This document shows positions 25,600-38,100 of a stretch of DNA of 64,000 nt, in pieces (within the stretch, counting starts at the first letter, position 1; every line of letters begins with the position of its first letter). Under the pieces are notes generated by a model that searched no databases, was not told where the DNA came from, and was given only the letters and a program-made list of their open reading frames with translations. The translations under genes were made by a program, and so were the position numbers. This DNA is from Raillietiella orientalis. Lineage: Eukaryota. The stretch covers positions 4,712,001 through 4,776,000 of the forward strand of contig JAYWIR010000003.1 of the NCBI GenBank assembly GCA_036172245.1, written 5' to 3'.

Positions 25600-27480
25600 T
25601 CAACGCCACCACCCACCCGGAAACCGGTCTTCTTGATCTTGCTTCCTCCCTTCAACCTGTCCTCTCGGGGCGTTCGGACCGATCTTCTTCGTGTCTCTCA
25701 TCCGAAACACTTCGCACGCATGGATCCATCCCCTCCATGGATACGGGGAATCGGCAACAGCGATCTGAAGATGTGGGGCTGTAGCGGAAGCTTCTTTTGG
25801 ACGGAGAGGACCATCCGCGGCTCGGTTTCCCTCCCCGGACCCGAGTCCGCCGGCACGAAATCTCTTTTCCTTTTCCGTGCCTTAGAAAAATTCCAGATGG
25901 GAGTTTCCAGAAAAACCGGCACCGGGAGCAGATTAGGAAACACTTTTTTTTTTCTTACGCGGGCAGCTGGTACCGGAACAGGTTTCTTTAGAAAACTACG
26001 GGCAGTCAGGAGGCGTCCCGCGGGTCTCACAGAGGCGGTAATTCGGAAGTTTCCGTTGGAGCCTTTGTTGGCACTGAGGGACAATTGGTGTAATCTTCCC
26101 CCTATCTCGCCAAAATTCCGCAGATCCCAAATCCTCTCATCGCCCGGTGACCATACTGATTCCTGGTGGGGGGAGGAGTCGGAACTCGTGGGAAAGCGTC
26201 CTGCGTCCTGAAAGGCGAGTTGAAGTAACCACGCGAGACCTGAACGCTCCCGAAAGGCTTCCTCCAGCTGCTCCGGTTCGAACGAGTCGCTAAATTTTCC
26301 TTCCTTCTTTCTTGTCTTTGGAACGAAGGTTGTTCTTCCCCTCCCCTCCTCCCCCCTCCCTCTTGTCCCCTCGCCTAGGTCACTTCTGGACTCCGCACAG
26401 AGGGCAGAATGTGGTACGCCCTCTGTCCCACATAACGTGCACTTTGGGCAGAGAGAGAAGACGATCAGAGAACCAACGGCTGGAGAGATGAGGACCATGC
26501 GGAGCGCCGGACCGGGACAGAGGGGAGTCACGCGAGACGCCCACGTGGCGGATGACTACTGGCGGTCAGGGTCTGGATAGCGGGTACAAAAACAGAAAGA
26601 GGGAAGAGAAGGTAAGGAAGGTAGGAAAGGAGACATTTTCGATCCTGGAAGGAGGGCAACGCTGCTGCACGAGACAGGAGGGGAGGGGGGGGGGAACCCA
26701 GAGAAACGACGAGGTTTCTGGTTCCAAACTCTGAAAGGAAAAAAAACCCTTTCTTGCCCCTGAACTTGAAGTGGCGAGCTTCCAGGAGCCACTATCGCAT
26801 GGCCGGTGGGGGGACAATCAGAAGCGTTCCGTTGGGGAGCGCTCCTCTGACTGGGCTCGCCGTTTTCGGCAACCCTTCGCACCGGGTCCCCTGCAGCCTT
26901 GTGCCACCCCGCACCATCGCTTTCTCGAACTCCGGGAAAGAAGTATGTGTCTTCCACCGAAACCTGAGTTTTCCGCCACCACACAACGCACAGAGCGCAA
27001 CCACCCGCCTCCTCCCGCTTGAGGAGCATCCGGTCGCCTGTTTCTGGAAAGTCATCTTTCCAAGTCCCCCAGATCCATTCCTACAAACTGCAGGAAAACC
27101 TGGCAACCCGGAATCCGGGACACCGAGTTTCCGCGTCTCTTAGCTCTCCCTTCTTTCCACCGCTTTCGCCCTCTCGATAGGAGCATCGGAGCACCCGACG
27201 GACCCCCTTTTTATCAAGACAGAAGAAGGGCTCTCCCTCCTCAGTGGTCTGCCACCACTCGGATCCGTGATTAGCCATCGACCGCGTGAAGGGCGATTCT
27301 GCTCCCGGCTTCAGGAAGCTCCTTCTCCCACTCTTGAAAACATCTCCTTTTTAATCTCCCCTGCTGCTGCTTCGTCCTGCGTGATTCCCAGCAACGGCAT
27401 GCCTTCTTGGTCGTTCGCTCACTTGCAAACTGCTGAGAAGATGGGGGGAAAAAAAAGGCCTCACTTGGGTTACGTACGCT
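25600..27480 (-). mobile_element. Possible decayed LINE ORF1 (gag-like zinc knuckle) fragment
   Basis: Broken ORFs include CTLCGTEGVPHSALC (degenerate CxxC..H..C knuckle) followed by a Lys/Pro/Ser-rich tail. There are no splice-consistent exons. Boundaries are approximate. Confidence 0.35.
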
Positions 27481-28107
27481 GCTGAAGAGACGCCTGACGT
27501 CACCAATGACTGCTGGCTCCTGTTCAGAAAATCATGTATAAAACATGCACAACTTTGTGCGTGAAATGTAAGCAATCGAAACGCTCCCTAACGCGGAGAG
27601 GAGCAGAGATCAAAACAGCTGATAAGGCTTAAGAAAAATAAATAAATAAATAAATTTATCAGTAGCTCGAGCCGCATCTGGAGGTTCTCCAATCATGAAC
27701 GTCCATCAGCTGAGACGCCAATCTGCGGATTAATGGAGCAGTTTTTCGAAAAAGAAGAAGAAGAAGGAAAAAAAAAAAAAACTTGGACAGTGGCACTGAA
27801 AACATCGCAAAGAGGAGCGGATTTTCGTAACACTTTCTTTCCAAACATGGGATCGGGTTGCTATACTCCGCTGCATATTTGGGTGCTGTCCTCTGGGCAC
27901 GCAAAAACCGGAGAGAATGGGCAGGGCAGCAGCGGCCTGAGTGTTGTGTGGGCTCACTTTCGCCCCCCCTATTGTGAAGATGTTTCCCTTTGGTGGAGCA
28001 GCTGGCTGCGCGTTTGGAGACATCTCCGTTGACGCCGGGCGCGGCGGGGCCGCCGCTGGGGCGAGAAGCACTCATTCCACTTGCGGGGGTGGGGGTGGAG
28101 GGGACGC

Positions 28108-31100
28108 TCAATCGATTTGCACCGGCGTGATGGAGGTGTTCACAGAGTTCGAAGGGACCATCAAAGATGGGTAACGCGGCCTCGCGAACGTCCCCGCTTC
28201 TGACCTGGGCAGAAAGTTCGGCAAAGAGGGGCACGTCAAACGCGCGCGGTTCGGAACCGACAGCATATGCTGATATGCAGCAGCTCTTTGGAATGACTGC
28301 AGACCGCGAGGCTGGGGAGGCAGATGAGAACGGGCGCGTTACTCTGGGGGCGGACCTACCACGTGAACACTCCGGTGATTGCCTGGTTGGCAGGGAAACC
28401 TTGCTGGACCCTCGACACCGACCGGATTGTAGGGTAGCAGCAGGGAAAGGTCCGCGTTTTCCAGGAAGGCAAAGTTCGGCAGCAACTCTGCACACAGAAA
28501 TGATCGATGCCGATTGGGAAAGAGCTTACGATTCTCCATGGCATTGCGCTCGTTCTCGTATTCTTCCCACGCCGCTTTACGTTCATCTTCGGTGAGCTCC
28601 TCCTCCTCCTGGTTTTCTAATAAGGAGTCATGATCGTGGTAGCTTATTATCAGATCTCGATGCCGATGCAAAAGTTCGGCCATGAGCCGATCTTTCGGCA
28701 GTATCGGAGTGCTCTTGGAAGCACTCACCGAGGGTTCGAAAGTGTACAGTTCGTTCAAGTCTGCTTGCGTGAAGTGCCTGCCGATTTGCTGCTCGTCCAC
28801 CACTCGACAAGACAAAGACTGCTTGGTTACTTGGCGCTCGTAAATCTTTGCTTCCATGGTGCCTTCAGCTACCAGGCGATATATGTAAACAGGTTTCCTC
28901 TGCCCAAAGCGGAAAACACGGAAAATGGACTGCACATCATGAGTAGGATTCCAGGAAACATCGAAGAGCACAACACGGTTGGCACCAATGAGATTGATAC
29001 CGATGCCACCCGCCCGTGTTGAAATCAGAAATATGTGCGCACTGAATGAATCCCAGTTCCCGGTTGCACTCGGGAGCCAAAACTTACTTGTAATTCTGCG
29101 GATCGTTGAATCGCAACTTGAACTTCCTGCGTTTCTCTATGCTTGTCGAACCATCAATGCGAAAGTAATGGACTCCACTATGCCATCTGGTCATTATAAA
29201 ATGTTCTATAAGATCCAAATTCAGCAAACTCTGACTAAAAACCAATCTGCTTCCACAAGGCATATGAAAAAATTCAATTCTGTTCTCTCCCTACACTTTG
29301 TCTCCGATGCTTTCACATTCCTGCAAGATATCCAGAAGCAAAACCAGCTTGGAACTCAAGTTTATGTCCTCCAACTCGTCAGCATTTTCTGGGAGTATGC
29401 CCTGCCACCAGTTCACAGTGGAAGATTCCTCTTCAATCACCAGTTCGTCTTGATTGCTTTCTTTGTTGGGTGACTGCCTTATGCTACCATCACTGCTTCC
29501 TGCTACAAAATCATCCATGGAATCACCTGAGCTGGAGTGCTTCGTGGCCTAGGATACGTAGAAAAATAAATGCACATGATGCTCTATGCAAGGCTACCTC
29601 CACTCGCGCTTTGTGCCATTTTAAGAGCAACGGATGGCTCCAAACACGTGCCAGAACTTGAAAATCAGTAAACAGACCAGCACCCATTAGCTGGTGAGAG
29701 TGATGCTCCAAATAATGCCGATAAAGGTGTACTTGCATTTTTGTCAAGCAGACACTGAGAACATACTCGTACTTGGGAGGCAAGTATGGTGTCAAAACAC
29801 TATAGGGAACACGCTGCCTGGGCATAAGCATTTGAGTCAGGAGTAAATATCAGCTCACCTGAACACAGCCTTCTAACTTCTTATGTAGAATATGGGAACG
29901 CCGCTTCATAAGATGCACATCCTTTGGTGTTGAATCAGCACACTGACCATTAGCAATTGGATTAACGAAACGGTTGGTAAATTCTTTTCGGGTTCCTAGC
30001 AGCTGAGGCTTAACAAATTGAACCATACAATGGTCTGGGAAACCGGTAATCAACAGACATCAGAGCCTACTTACATTCTTGAAGATTGTTCTGGAGAGGT
30101 GTTCCTGTCAGCACAATGCGCCGGGCAGTGCTCACTTGTGCCATTGCTCGTGACATGATGGATGCCTCATTTTTGAGCACATGTCCTTCATCACAGATGA
30201 CCAAATCTGGACCAGGGTTAACAAGAGCTTCCATTACAGCAGCCTTTCTTTTATGACCCCATGTCAGACTGCGAAATACTTCATATCCCATCACAAGCAC
30301 ACCTCCTCCTGAGAACCATTTACGAATCTCACGGACTCTTTGCATAGTTGTTCGATAACTAGTTTCCACTGCATCATTAATGCTTCCATCAACAATACTC
30401 ACCTGTTCAGTTCAAAAATAGGTAATGGATCCAAGGCTGCACGTGACAGCCACATACTAAACTCTGATAACCAGTTATAGACAGTATTGAGTGGTGCCAC
30501 AATCAGCACTTTCCGAATGTTGAGATTAGGATGGGCAAACAGCGTATGCACTAACACTATAACCTGGATTGTTTTGCCTAGGCCCATGTGATGTGCAAGG
30601 ATGCAGCCTGAACCTGCATGAGATCGACACTGGTCCGTGCTTTCCATGCAGTTGTCCCACATAAAACGCACACCCTGCACTTGATGGGGTTTCAAAAGCA
30701 CCACAAGATTTTGGTGGACTTGAACTAATGGTTTCCGTGTGACTGTATCAAAGTCAAGAATCAATTCTGAGGGTACTTCCCCCATGTTGGAAGGAACTTC
30801 AAATATATCATTGTACTAGGTAAGAAATGACTCTAAACATCACCACATAAATTACAAACCAGCAGTTGACGCTCAGCAACGCGGCGCACCCTCTTTTCCT
30901 CTTCCTCCACAGCAGCCTGTGTACTTAGCTGCAAGTCTGTTCGGCTTATAATTTTACGGATATTCTTTCTAGTTTTCCCTGCAGAGCCCTGAAGCAAGTT
31001 CTCTAAGTATACAGCCAAGAGGAATTCCTACTGGAAGTTGGGGTGATTCATGAGATTTCGAAGAATCTGAAGACAGAGAGTGAATATTTTCTTGATTTCC

Positions 31101-33028
31101 CTTCTTTCTTGATGAAATGCCATTACTAGAATCACTATGCACTATTCTTTTTCTTTTCTTCCTGTTTGGCGTACGCTTCTCACCTGCATCAGACAAAGAT
31201 GATGAACTCTTGATCTGCTTTGAGTGGGAATGCCTATGCACACATTGGATAAGAAAAATCACAAATATGCTCACCTTTTTTTGAAATCCTCAATGCTATC
31301 CTCAGAATCACTAAATCCGATCTTCAAAAAATAACTTTGACTGCGTGAAACTCTTGCCAATCTTGCAGGAGGCACCTCCCAATCTGAGTCAGACTGAGAG
31401 CAGTCATTATTACTGCTTAAGGAAACTTTATTTTCGTTTTCGCTCGTTCCTTCGCTCTCTGCCTCTGTAGATTGGGATGATGATGACATTGATAGGCAGC
31501 CTTGAGTCAAAGTCAATGGATATCGAAAAAAAAAAAACGTGAGTAAAAAACTTACTATCAGATGCAGAATGAAGCAAATACTGACGAGCATGGTAGTTCA
31601 GTGGCAAAACTGACGAAGTATCGATTTCCAATTGATTTTGTACAAATTGTTCTTCTTTGCTACTTTCCTCTTGTTCTGATGAAAATTCTGTTTCCTCTTC
31701 AGATGACAATAAACCAGACTCTTCAGTAGATGGTGAATCATTCAGCTTACTCTCAACTTCATATTTTTTATTCTGAATGCTCCTATTTCCAACACCAGCA
31801 TTAGGAAGCTGTAGAATCTGCTCATTGCATAACCTGCTTGAATGCAAAGATCCTTTAAGAAATTATCTCACCTTTCCAGTCCATCATCTGAAGAATCAGA
31901 CTTTTGTATGCTTACGTCCTCATGAAGAAAATGCTTCAAACATGGATCATAAATAGAGACTGAAGGTTTGCCAAGTTCAGGAAGTTTGCACAAAGGAACT
32001 GAGCATGGCTGAACATTAAATTCTTCAATTTTCTCATTAATAGATTCTGCAGCATCTTTGATGGTACCACTAGACATACTAGAACTACTGGTAATGGACT
32101 GATCTTCATCTGAAGAGTTTTCAAGCAATGTGTTTCTGATACATTTAATGTCAACAGCTAAGAGCAATAAGAGTCAACAATAGTTTGTTTACTTGGTATC
32201 CTTACCATCATCAGCACAAATATCCTCATCAACATTTTCACTTATTTTGGTTTTTAGATCCCTAAATAATTTTTCTTTACCCTTTAACTTTGTGCAGGGT
32301 TTGGACAATTTTGATGCACCAAACTTGGAACTGGTTATGTTTGAAACTGAAGGACTCTAAAAAGCCAAGTTATAATTGATATTTACATATTAGAAGCTTT
32401 TCACTAAATAACCGTTTACTAGTTGATATGACCATACTGATCTGTACCTAGGAACTAACATACAAACTCTGGAGCAACACATAAACGATTAACAATCACC
32501 CTCACAAATACTTGTTCGTTGCAAGTTTTACGGTATGTACTACTCAAGTATGTCTTTATTATGAGGGTATTTGTAAAATAAGACCTAGAAATGTAAAGTG
32601 CAAATTGTTTTCACTAGGGGTCTCAACCTCCAAGAATTTCGGTTATCTCTTCAATCAATAAATGTAAGGATGAAAGAATAAAAAAAAGTCTGCCAATTTA
32701 CCTTTCTATGCTTTTTAGTTTTTGTTTGATGGGCATTAATATTCTGTTTAACTAAGTATTTTTTAACCTCTGTTTCAAACTGTTCAATGTATCCCTTTAT
32801 GCTTTTCAGAATCTCGAAAAACTCAACGAAATGGCTTTCTTTAATGAAAATTTCTCTGTTTCTCACAAAGAATAACGTATGCAGTCGGGCACTGAACCTT
32901 AATATTCTATTTTCGTTTTCATTAAAGATTTCTAGCAACCTTATCAAGAACTTCGACAGGACTTTACTGTACTGGAAGGAAAACGATCCCAGCTTCAAGT
33001 CCTCTGTTTTTTTCGTAAGGGCGAGCAT
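28108..33028 (-). CDS. ATRX: ATRX/XNP-family SNF2 chromatin-remodelling ATPase (about 16 exons)
   Basis: SNF2 motifs across short-intron exons: [29 protein letters not shown] (Walker A), [16 protein letters not shown] (Walker B), [89 protein letters not shown], and the ATRX-typical [28 protein letters not shown]. Ser/acidic N-terminal exons lie at 31275-32356 and a putative first coding exon at 32702-33028. The last exons 28487-28360 and 28311-28108 are inferred from splice signals and phase, so both gene ends are less certain than the core. Confidence 0.93.
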
Positions 33029-33825
33029 GATATGCTGACTTGCAACCACCACACCAATTTCAACTCCGCGTTCGTGGCCACCCGATAACAATGCCCAGCC
33101 ACACTTGCCTTTTCCACGGGCCTCGTCTTTCCACGCACATGCAAACCGCTCTCGGCGCAGCGCCTCCGCCAGCTGCCGTCCACCTCTTCCCGCGGCCGAC
33201 CGGTGGCGACCGCGGTCTCTCTGGCAACGCGTCGGGGATAGCCAGAGTTTTCCTTTCCCTTTTTTTCCATTCGTCCAAAAGTGCAGAGCAGCCGAAAAAA
33301 GGGAGGGAGAGAAAAGGAAAGAAGGGGGGAAAACACACACACACACAGACACACACACACATGTGGAATTGAAACACTCCGGGAGTGTCTTTCGGGTGCG
33401 TCTCCACGCGTTTCCCGGCTTCCCGATTCCCAGGGAAACACTTCATGTCCCGAGAAGCCCGTTTTTTACATGCTTTTCATCTGTTTTGAACACAGCTCGT
33501 AAGCACGGTAACCAACTGACTGTCGGGAGGAAATCAGATAAGAAAAGTACGCATAGAAAACGGCTTCAGTGTTCTCCAAGCCATTTCAAAGTAAACAAAC
33601 ACCGCAAAGGAATCCTACCAACGTGGCGGCCGTCCCTTGGGAGCTGCCGAAAGCACTTTTTAGCACTCCATGTACCAATGAAGATCGTGCATCTTGACCT
33701 CTTCTTTGCTTCCATGCATACCAACAAAGTGAAACGGGTGATGAGCGTACAAAGGACAAAAGCTCTCGGAATTTACCAAAGAACTACGTAAGCAGCAGCT
33801 ATTTCCCACCCGGGTGCACGGGGGG

Positions 33826-35150
33826 GGTTTATTTCTAAACTATCCGGGAACAGGGTTCCCGGACAAAGGACACAGAAAAACGAAGGGAGGGTTCCCCGAC
33901 ACGAAGGTCGGTAAATCCGAAAGTCCGGAATGGGAAGGAGGGGACCACAAATACACATATAAAAAATATAAATAAAGATATGGGGGGGAAGGGGCAGGGG
34001 TCTTAGGCTTCGGCCGTTCCTTTCCTTCAGAACCGGTGTTGGATGCAGGAGATCTCATTCCTTGCCTCTTCTGGAAGATGAGGCCACCCAGCAGCAGACG
34101 TCATGTTCTCGTCGGCTATTCCGGTGGCCTGTCGTCGAATCGCCTGCTTCTCCAGCTCTCGGTCGTGGGCCGTGTCGTTGCCGCGGGGCCAACAGATCGT
34201 TGAGACGACCCCACCTAACGACAGGCCGCCTGGCGTGAAGAAGCGGCGCATCAAATCCCTTGCGGTGTCCCCCTGGGGAAGGAGAGCTGAGGCCAGCCTC
34301 CGCCACACTCTTTGGAGGACACCGCAGTCGAAAACGAGATGCTGGAGCGTTTCTGCTGCATGTGCAGTTCGGGGAGACAACTCCCCCAGAAACAAGGTTC
34401 GTGACGGAAGCCCCAATGCTCCAGCAGGATGACGTCCTGTTTCCGCGAAAGGGGGTACACAGAAGTGTCCACGCACGAGGGAGGGACCACAAGTTCTTCG
34501 AGGGGCACACTCAAGTGTTCACTCCACCGAAGGAGTCCCTTCGGGATGTTGCGAGGCGTGGCGGCGTCTGCCAGCTCGCAAGTCCTCCAGCCGTCCATGG
34601 GTCGGGTTGCTCCTGCAATGGTGCAGGCAACCTCCCACCTCGCCGGTAGGCAGCTGTCATCACTTGCCCTGAGGGCTGACAGCACGTCGGCGAGGGACGT
34701 GACGGCCAGGCGAGTCCACTTCTCCTGGATGTTGCAGACCTCATTCACCGTACAGAGCGGAGAGAGGTTGACGCAACGGGAGTTCCAAAAGGGAAACATC
34801 CTGTTGCCTTGCCCAAGCATAAAACGGTTCCTGCCACCAGGCGTTAAAGTTCGTTGGGGGCAGGAGATCCATGTGTGGGCTGCCAGGAGCCGGTAGAGGG
34901 GTTTCAAGGGGAAACCGAAGCTTCTCGTGGAGCGCTCCGTATGTGGCCGGAGCGACAGAAGTCCTTCGCTGCCGGTGCAGCGCCGCAGTAGCAGGCGCGC
35001 GGGAGCACACCACGGAGTGGACTAAAGGTTGGCGCGAAGGGCCAACATCCGAAACTGCACCTGCAGTTCAATCCTCTCCAGCGTCAGGATGCCCAAGTCA
35101 GCATCCCGACGCGGAGCCGTCAAGTCTTTGAGGTGGATCCTGGACCTCGC
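33826..35150 (-). mobile_element. Decayed 3' end of a non-LTR retrotransposon (L1/Tx1-like ORF2 C-terminus with zf-RVT motif)
   Basis: Frameshifted minus-strand ORFs carry ETLQHLVFDCGVLQRVW, typical of the ET..HL...C..VW zf-RVT motif at the end of L1-clade ORF2. A pyrimidine-rich 3' UTR follows, with a perfect 9-bp hairpin (33843-33863) and AATAAA (33827-33832). The 5' boundary is approximate. Confidence 0.65.
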
Positions 35151-38100
35151 GGGTCCCCACAGAGCGTTTCTCAACAGGCTTCGTGCCTAGAGCTTGGCCG
35201 AGTGGGGGGGCAGGCAAACAAAAAAAACAGGGGGCGTAAGAGGAGGGCAACGAAGGTGTTCCAAACGGAGGCCCACTCCGGCAGGACGAGTCAGCTATCG
35301 TGATAGATACACACCCATGAGAGACATCTCACCAATCAAAAATCATGTATGATTTAATGAAAAAATGTAATCAAGATTCAAGGAAATCAATGGAAGTGTA
35401 TTTTGCAAAACGCGAATATGTGCACTCCATATGGAAGAAACTTCTTTCCAGAGTGGAAGGGCTTCTGGGTAGCGCCAGAAAATAAGGCAGAGAATAAGAA
35501 CTCTAGAGAATGAAATTAACAATAATCAGATTATAAGTGTTGGTCGGAATTCATTCTTATGTTTCGGTGTTAAAGGCGGTATAATTTCGTTTGTAAGGAC
35601 TTATCGGGCAAAGAATTCACTAAGATTCCTGTGCTTTCCAGGTTTAGTCAAGTTTAGTTAAAAAGGAATAAGTTCGTGTTGATTGAAAAGCTTCCACTCT
35701 TGTATCTAAAAAACGTTTTTCGTGTTTTCGGTAGTTTTTGAACATATTGGACAGCTCTCTGCAGAAACACATTTAGGGATCAGAAAGTGCTTAGATGGAA
35801 AACAAAAAAGTAATGTTAACGGCGAGGAATTCATAGAGTGTTCAGAGAATGGTAATCATAAATAGCTATGCGACACTCAGCTTGAATTGTCTTATCTTTC
35901 ATAGCAACGGTGATAACATGGTTTCTTCATGGAAGAGAACCTTCACTTTAAGGGACATCGCAGAAGTGAGTAAAGATTGTTTATATTGGTCAGATGAGTA
36001 AGCAGCATGAATTCTGAAGATATCAAAGCACTTGCATGACGTTTTTTTTCCCGGAAAATAATGCTGAAAAATATTGAAATGTGAGTGAAGGAAATTAAGG
36101 ACTAGCTGGAGAAGTGGAAGATAAAGTTTTCATACTGTTTTGCAGTATTTCATCGATAAACATACAATTATGTGAAAAAAATTTAGGTCAGGATATTTAT
36201 CGATGTATAGTTTATAACTTATAGATCTACATAATAAAGTATCTAGTGTTTCATGGAATATGTACGACATTCTATATAGCATTTACAATTATAGTTGAGA
36301 TGAGAATAGGATTTGATAATATGGCACAGATGTGTCACATTTTGACAGAAACGCCATCAATGTACATTAGGTTAATAATATATGAAATTATACTATTAGA
36401 AAAGTTAAACAAATACGGAACACTGCTCTGTGTAGAGTGCTTGTGAGTGAAGCAGCATACAAATTGTGGTTTGTTTTTAGTTTGTATGCACACAGTTCGA
36501 TATCGAAATCAGCTCTTCTCATCATCTTGCGGCTATAATTCATACAGAATAATGAAATGTTTTCCATTTGTATTTCGATTTATGTTACTTGTATCATACT
36601 TCCACAATCATGAATTCTTTAATGGAACTCATTCTTCAGTATATTCATGACTGATAGACAAATTCTTGTCTATTTGCGGAAGTTTTTGTTGAAACCAGAA
36701 AGAATGTTCTAGTTGTAAAGTTCAAACGAGGTCTCTAAAAGAGTGATGCATTTAGATTAAGCTCGCCTATTTGATGTTTGCGAAGTAGACTGCGTCCCCG
36801 GTCTACTGAGAACACTGTCAAATGGAAGTAGAAAAGGGAAACGGGATAGGTGTGCCGCAGTCGTCCATGGCGGATTTGCTCTCATCCATTAGGAGTTTGT
36901 TTCTGGTTTGTAAGAATCGGATTTTCAGAAACCAAAAATGCTTTCCGCGCCTTTAGTATTGCACTGCAAGAAAAACGTGCAGGCATTTTGGAAATCATAC
37001 TAGGATGGAACTGATCTTTATTCGAAATCGGAACCCACTGTTTTCTCACAGGTAGATGCGATTTGTTCGTGGTACATTTTATGGCGCCTGAATCAATTTT
37101 CAAAGCAAGGAAGGAACTGAAGACGAAATGCTGTTACACAAATGGACTGGTAAATTCATATCAACGGTGTTGCTCTACAAGGGGATGCTTTACCCTTTGG
37201 GCTTTTTGTCTCGACCTCATCAGTTCGTACGTGGGTGGTAGTAGTGGTGGAGATCTTTGAGCTGCTGTCATCCTTATGGCATTTCTTCTGCAGTAAGGGA
37301 CTTCCTTTTCCAGAATTTGCCTGTGATGACAGTTCTTTCAAGAAAGATGATGACAGCCTTCATTCTAACATCCACATTGTCAGAAAACGAATAAGTATAC
37401 ATAATTTGTTCATGGTTTGTTTCAATTACAAGTTTTCCCGACAACCAGAGGTGCTGACTACTTTGGTAGCACAGGAGGCAATTCCTTTGCACGTGTTGTA
37501 TTGATAATCATGTTGCTGTACCATTGTAAGATTTCCCTAGAAGCAATTCTCTTGTTGACTTTCAATTTTTCTCCCATATTTATTTATTTTTATTTTTATA
37601 GCAAATGCTGCTCTTTACAGTATTTACAGTTTCTGATGTTAGGACTTCTTTATTAACCAACTCTCAACAGTGTGTTCAATATCCATTTTGCATGTGTGCT
37701 GTGGGAGTGTGTTGGCAATTGCTGGTCAGTTTGACAGGATGATGCTCACTGTTCCTGTTGTCAAAAGAGTGATTGACTTTTGAAATCTTTTAATGCAGGC
37801 AGCAGAATACTATATTTATGAGAGGAACTGTCATTATTTGACATGTCAAGCTCTGTTGATAATTTTTACTGTGGGTATTTTCATTTTCTTTAGCAGCATG
37901 GGGGCAATGCAGCTGCTGTGCAGCGAAGACCTCTATGAAGATCTCACCCTTACAGTCCATGACCTGGAGTTCCTTTGTTTTATTTCTTAAGGAACAAGTT
38001 CTTGCAGGCAGGTGATGAATGGGCAGAATTCCCATTGAATTCTCTCAAATTAGGAAGCTTAAGCAAATCAACTTGAACAGGCTTGAACATCCGGATACTT

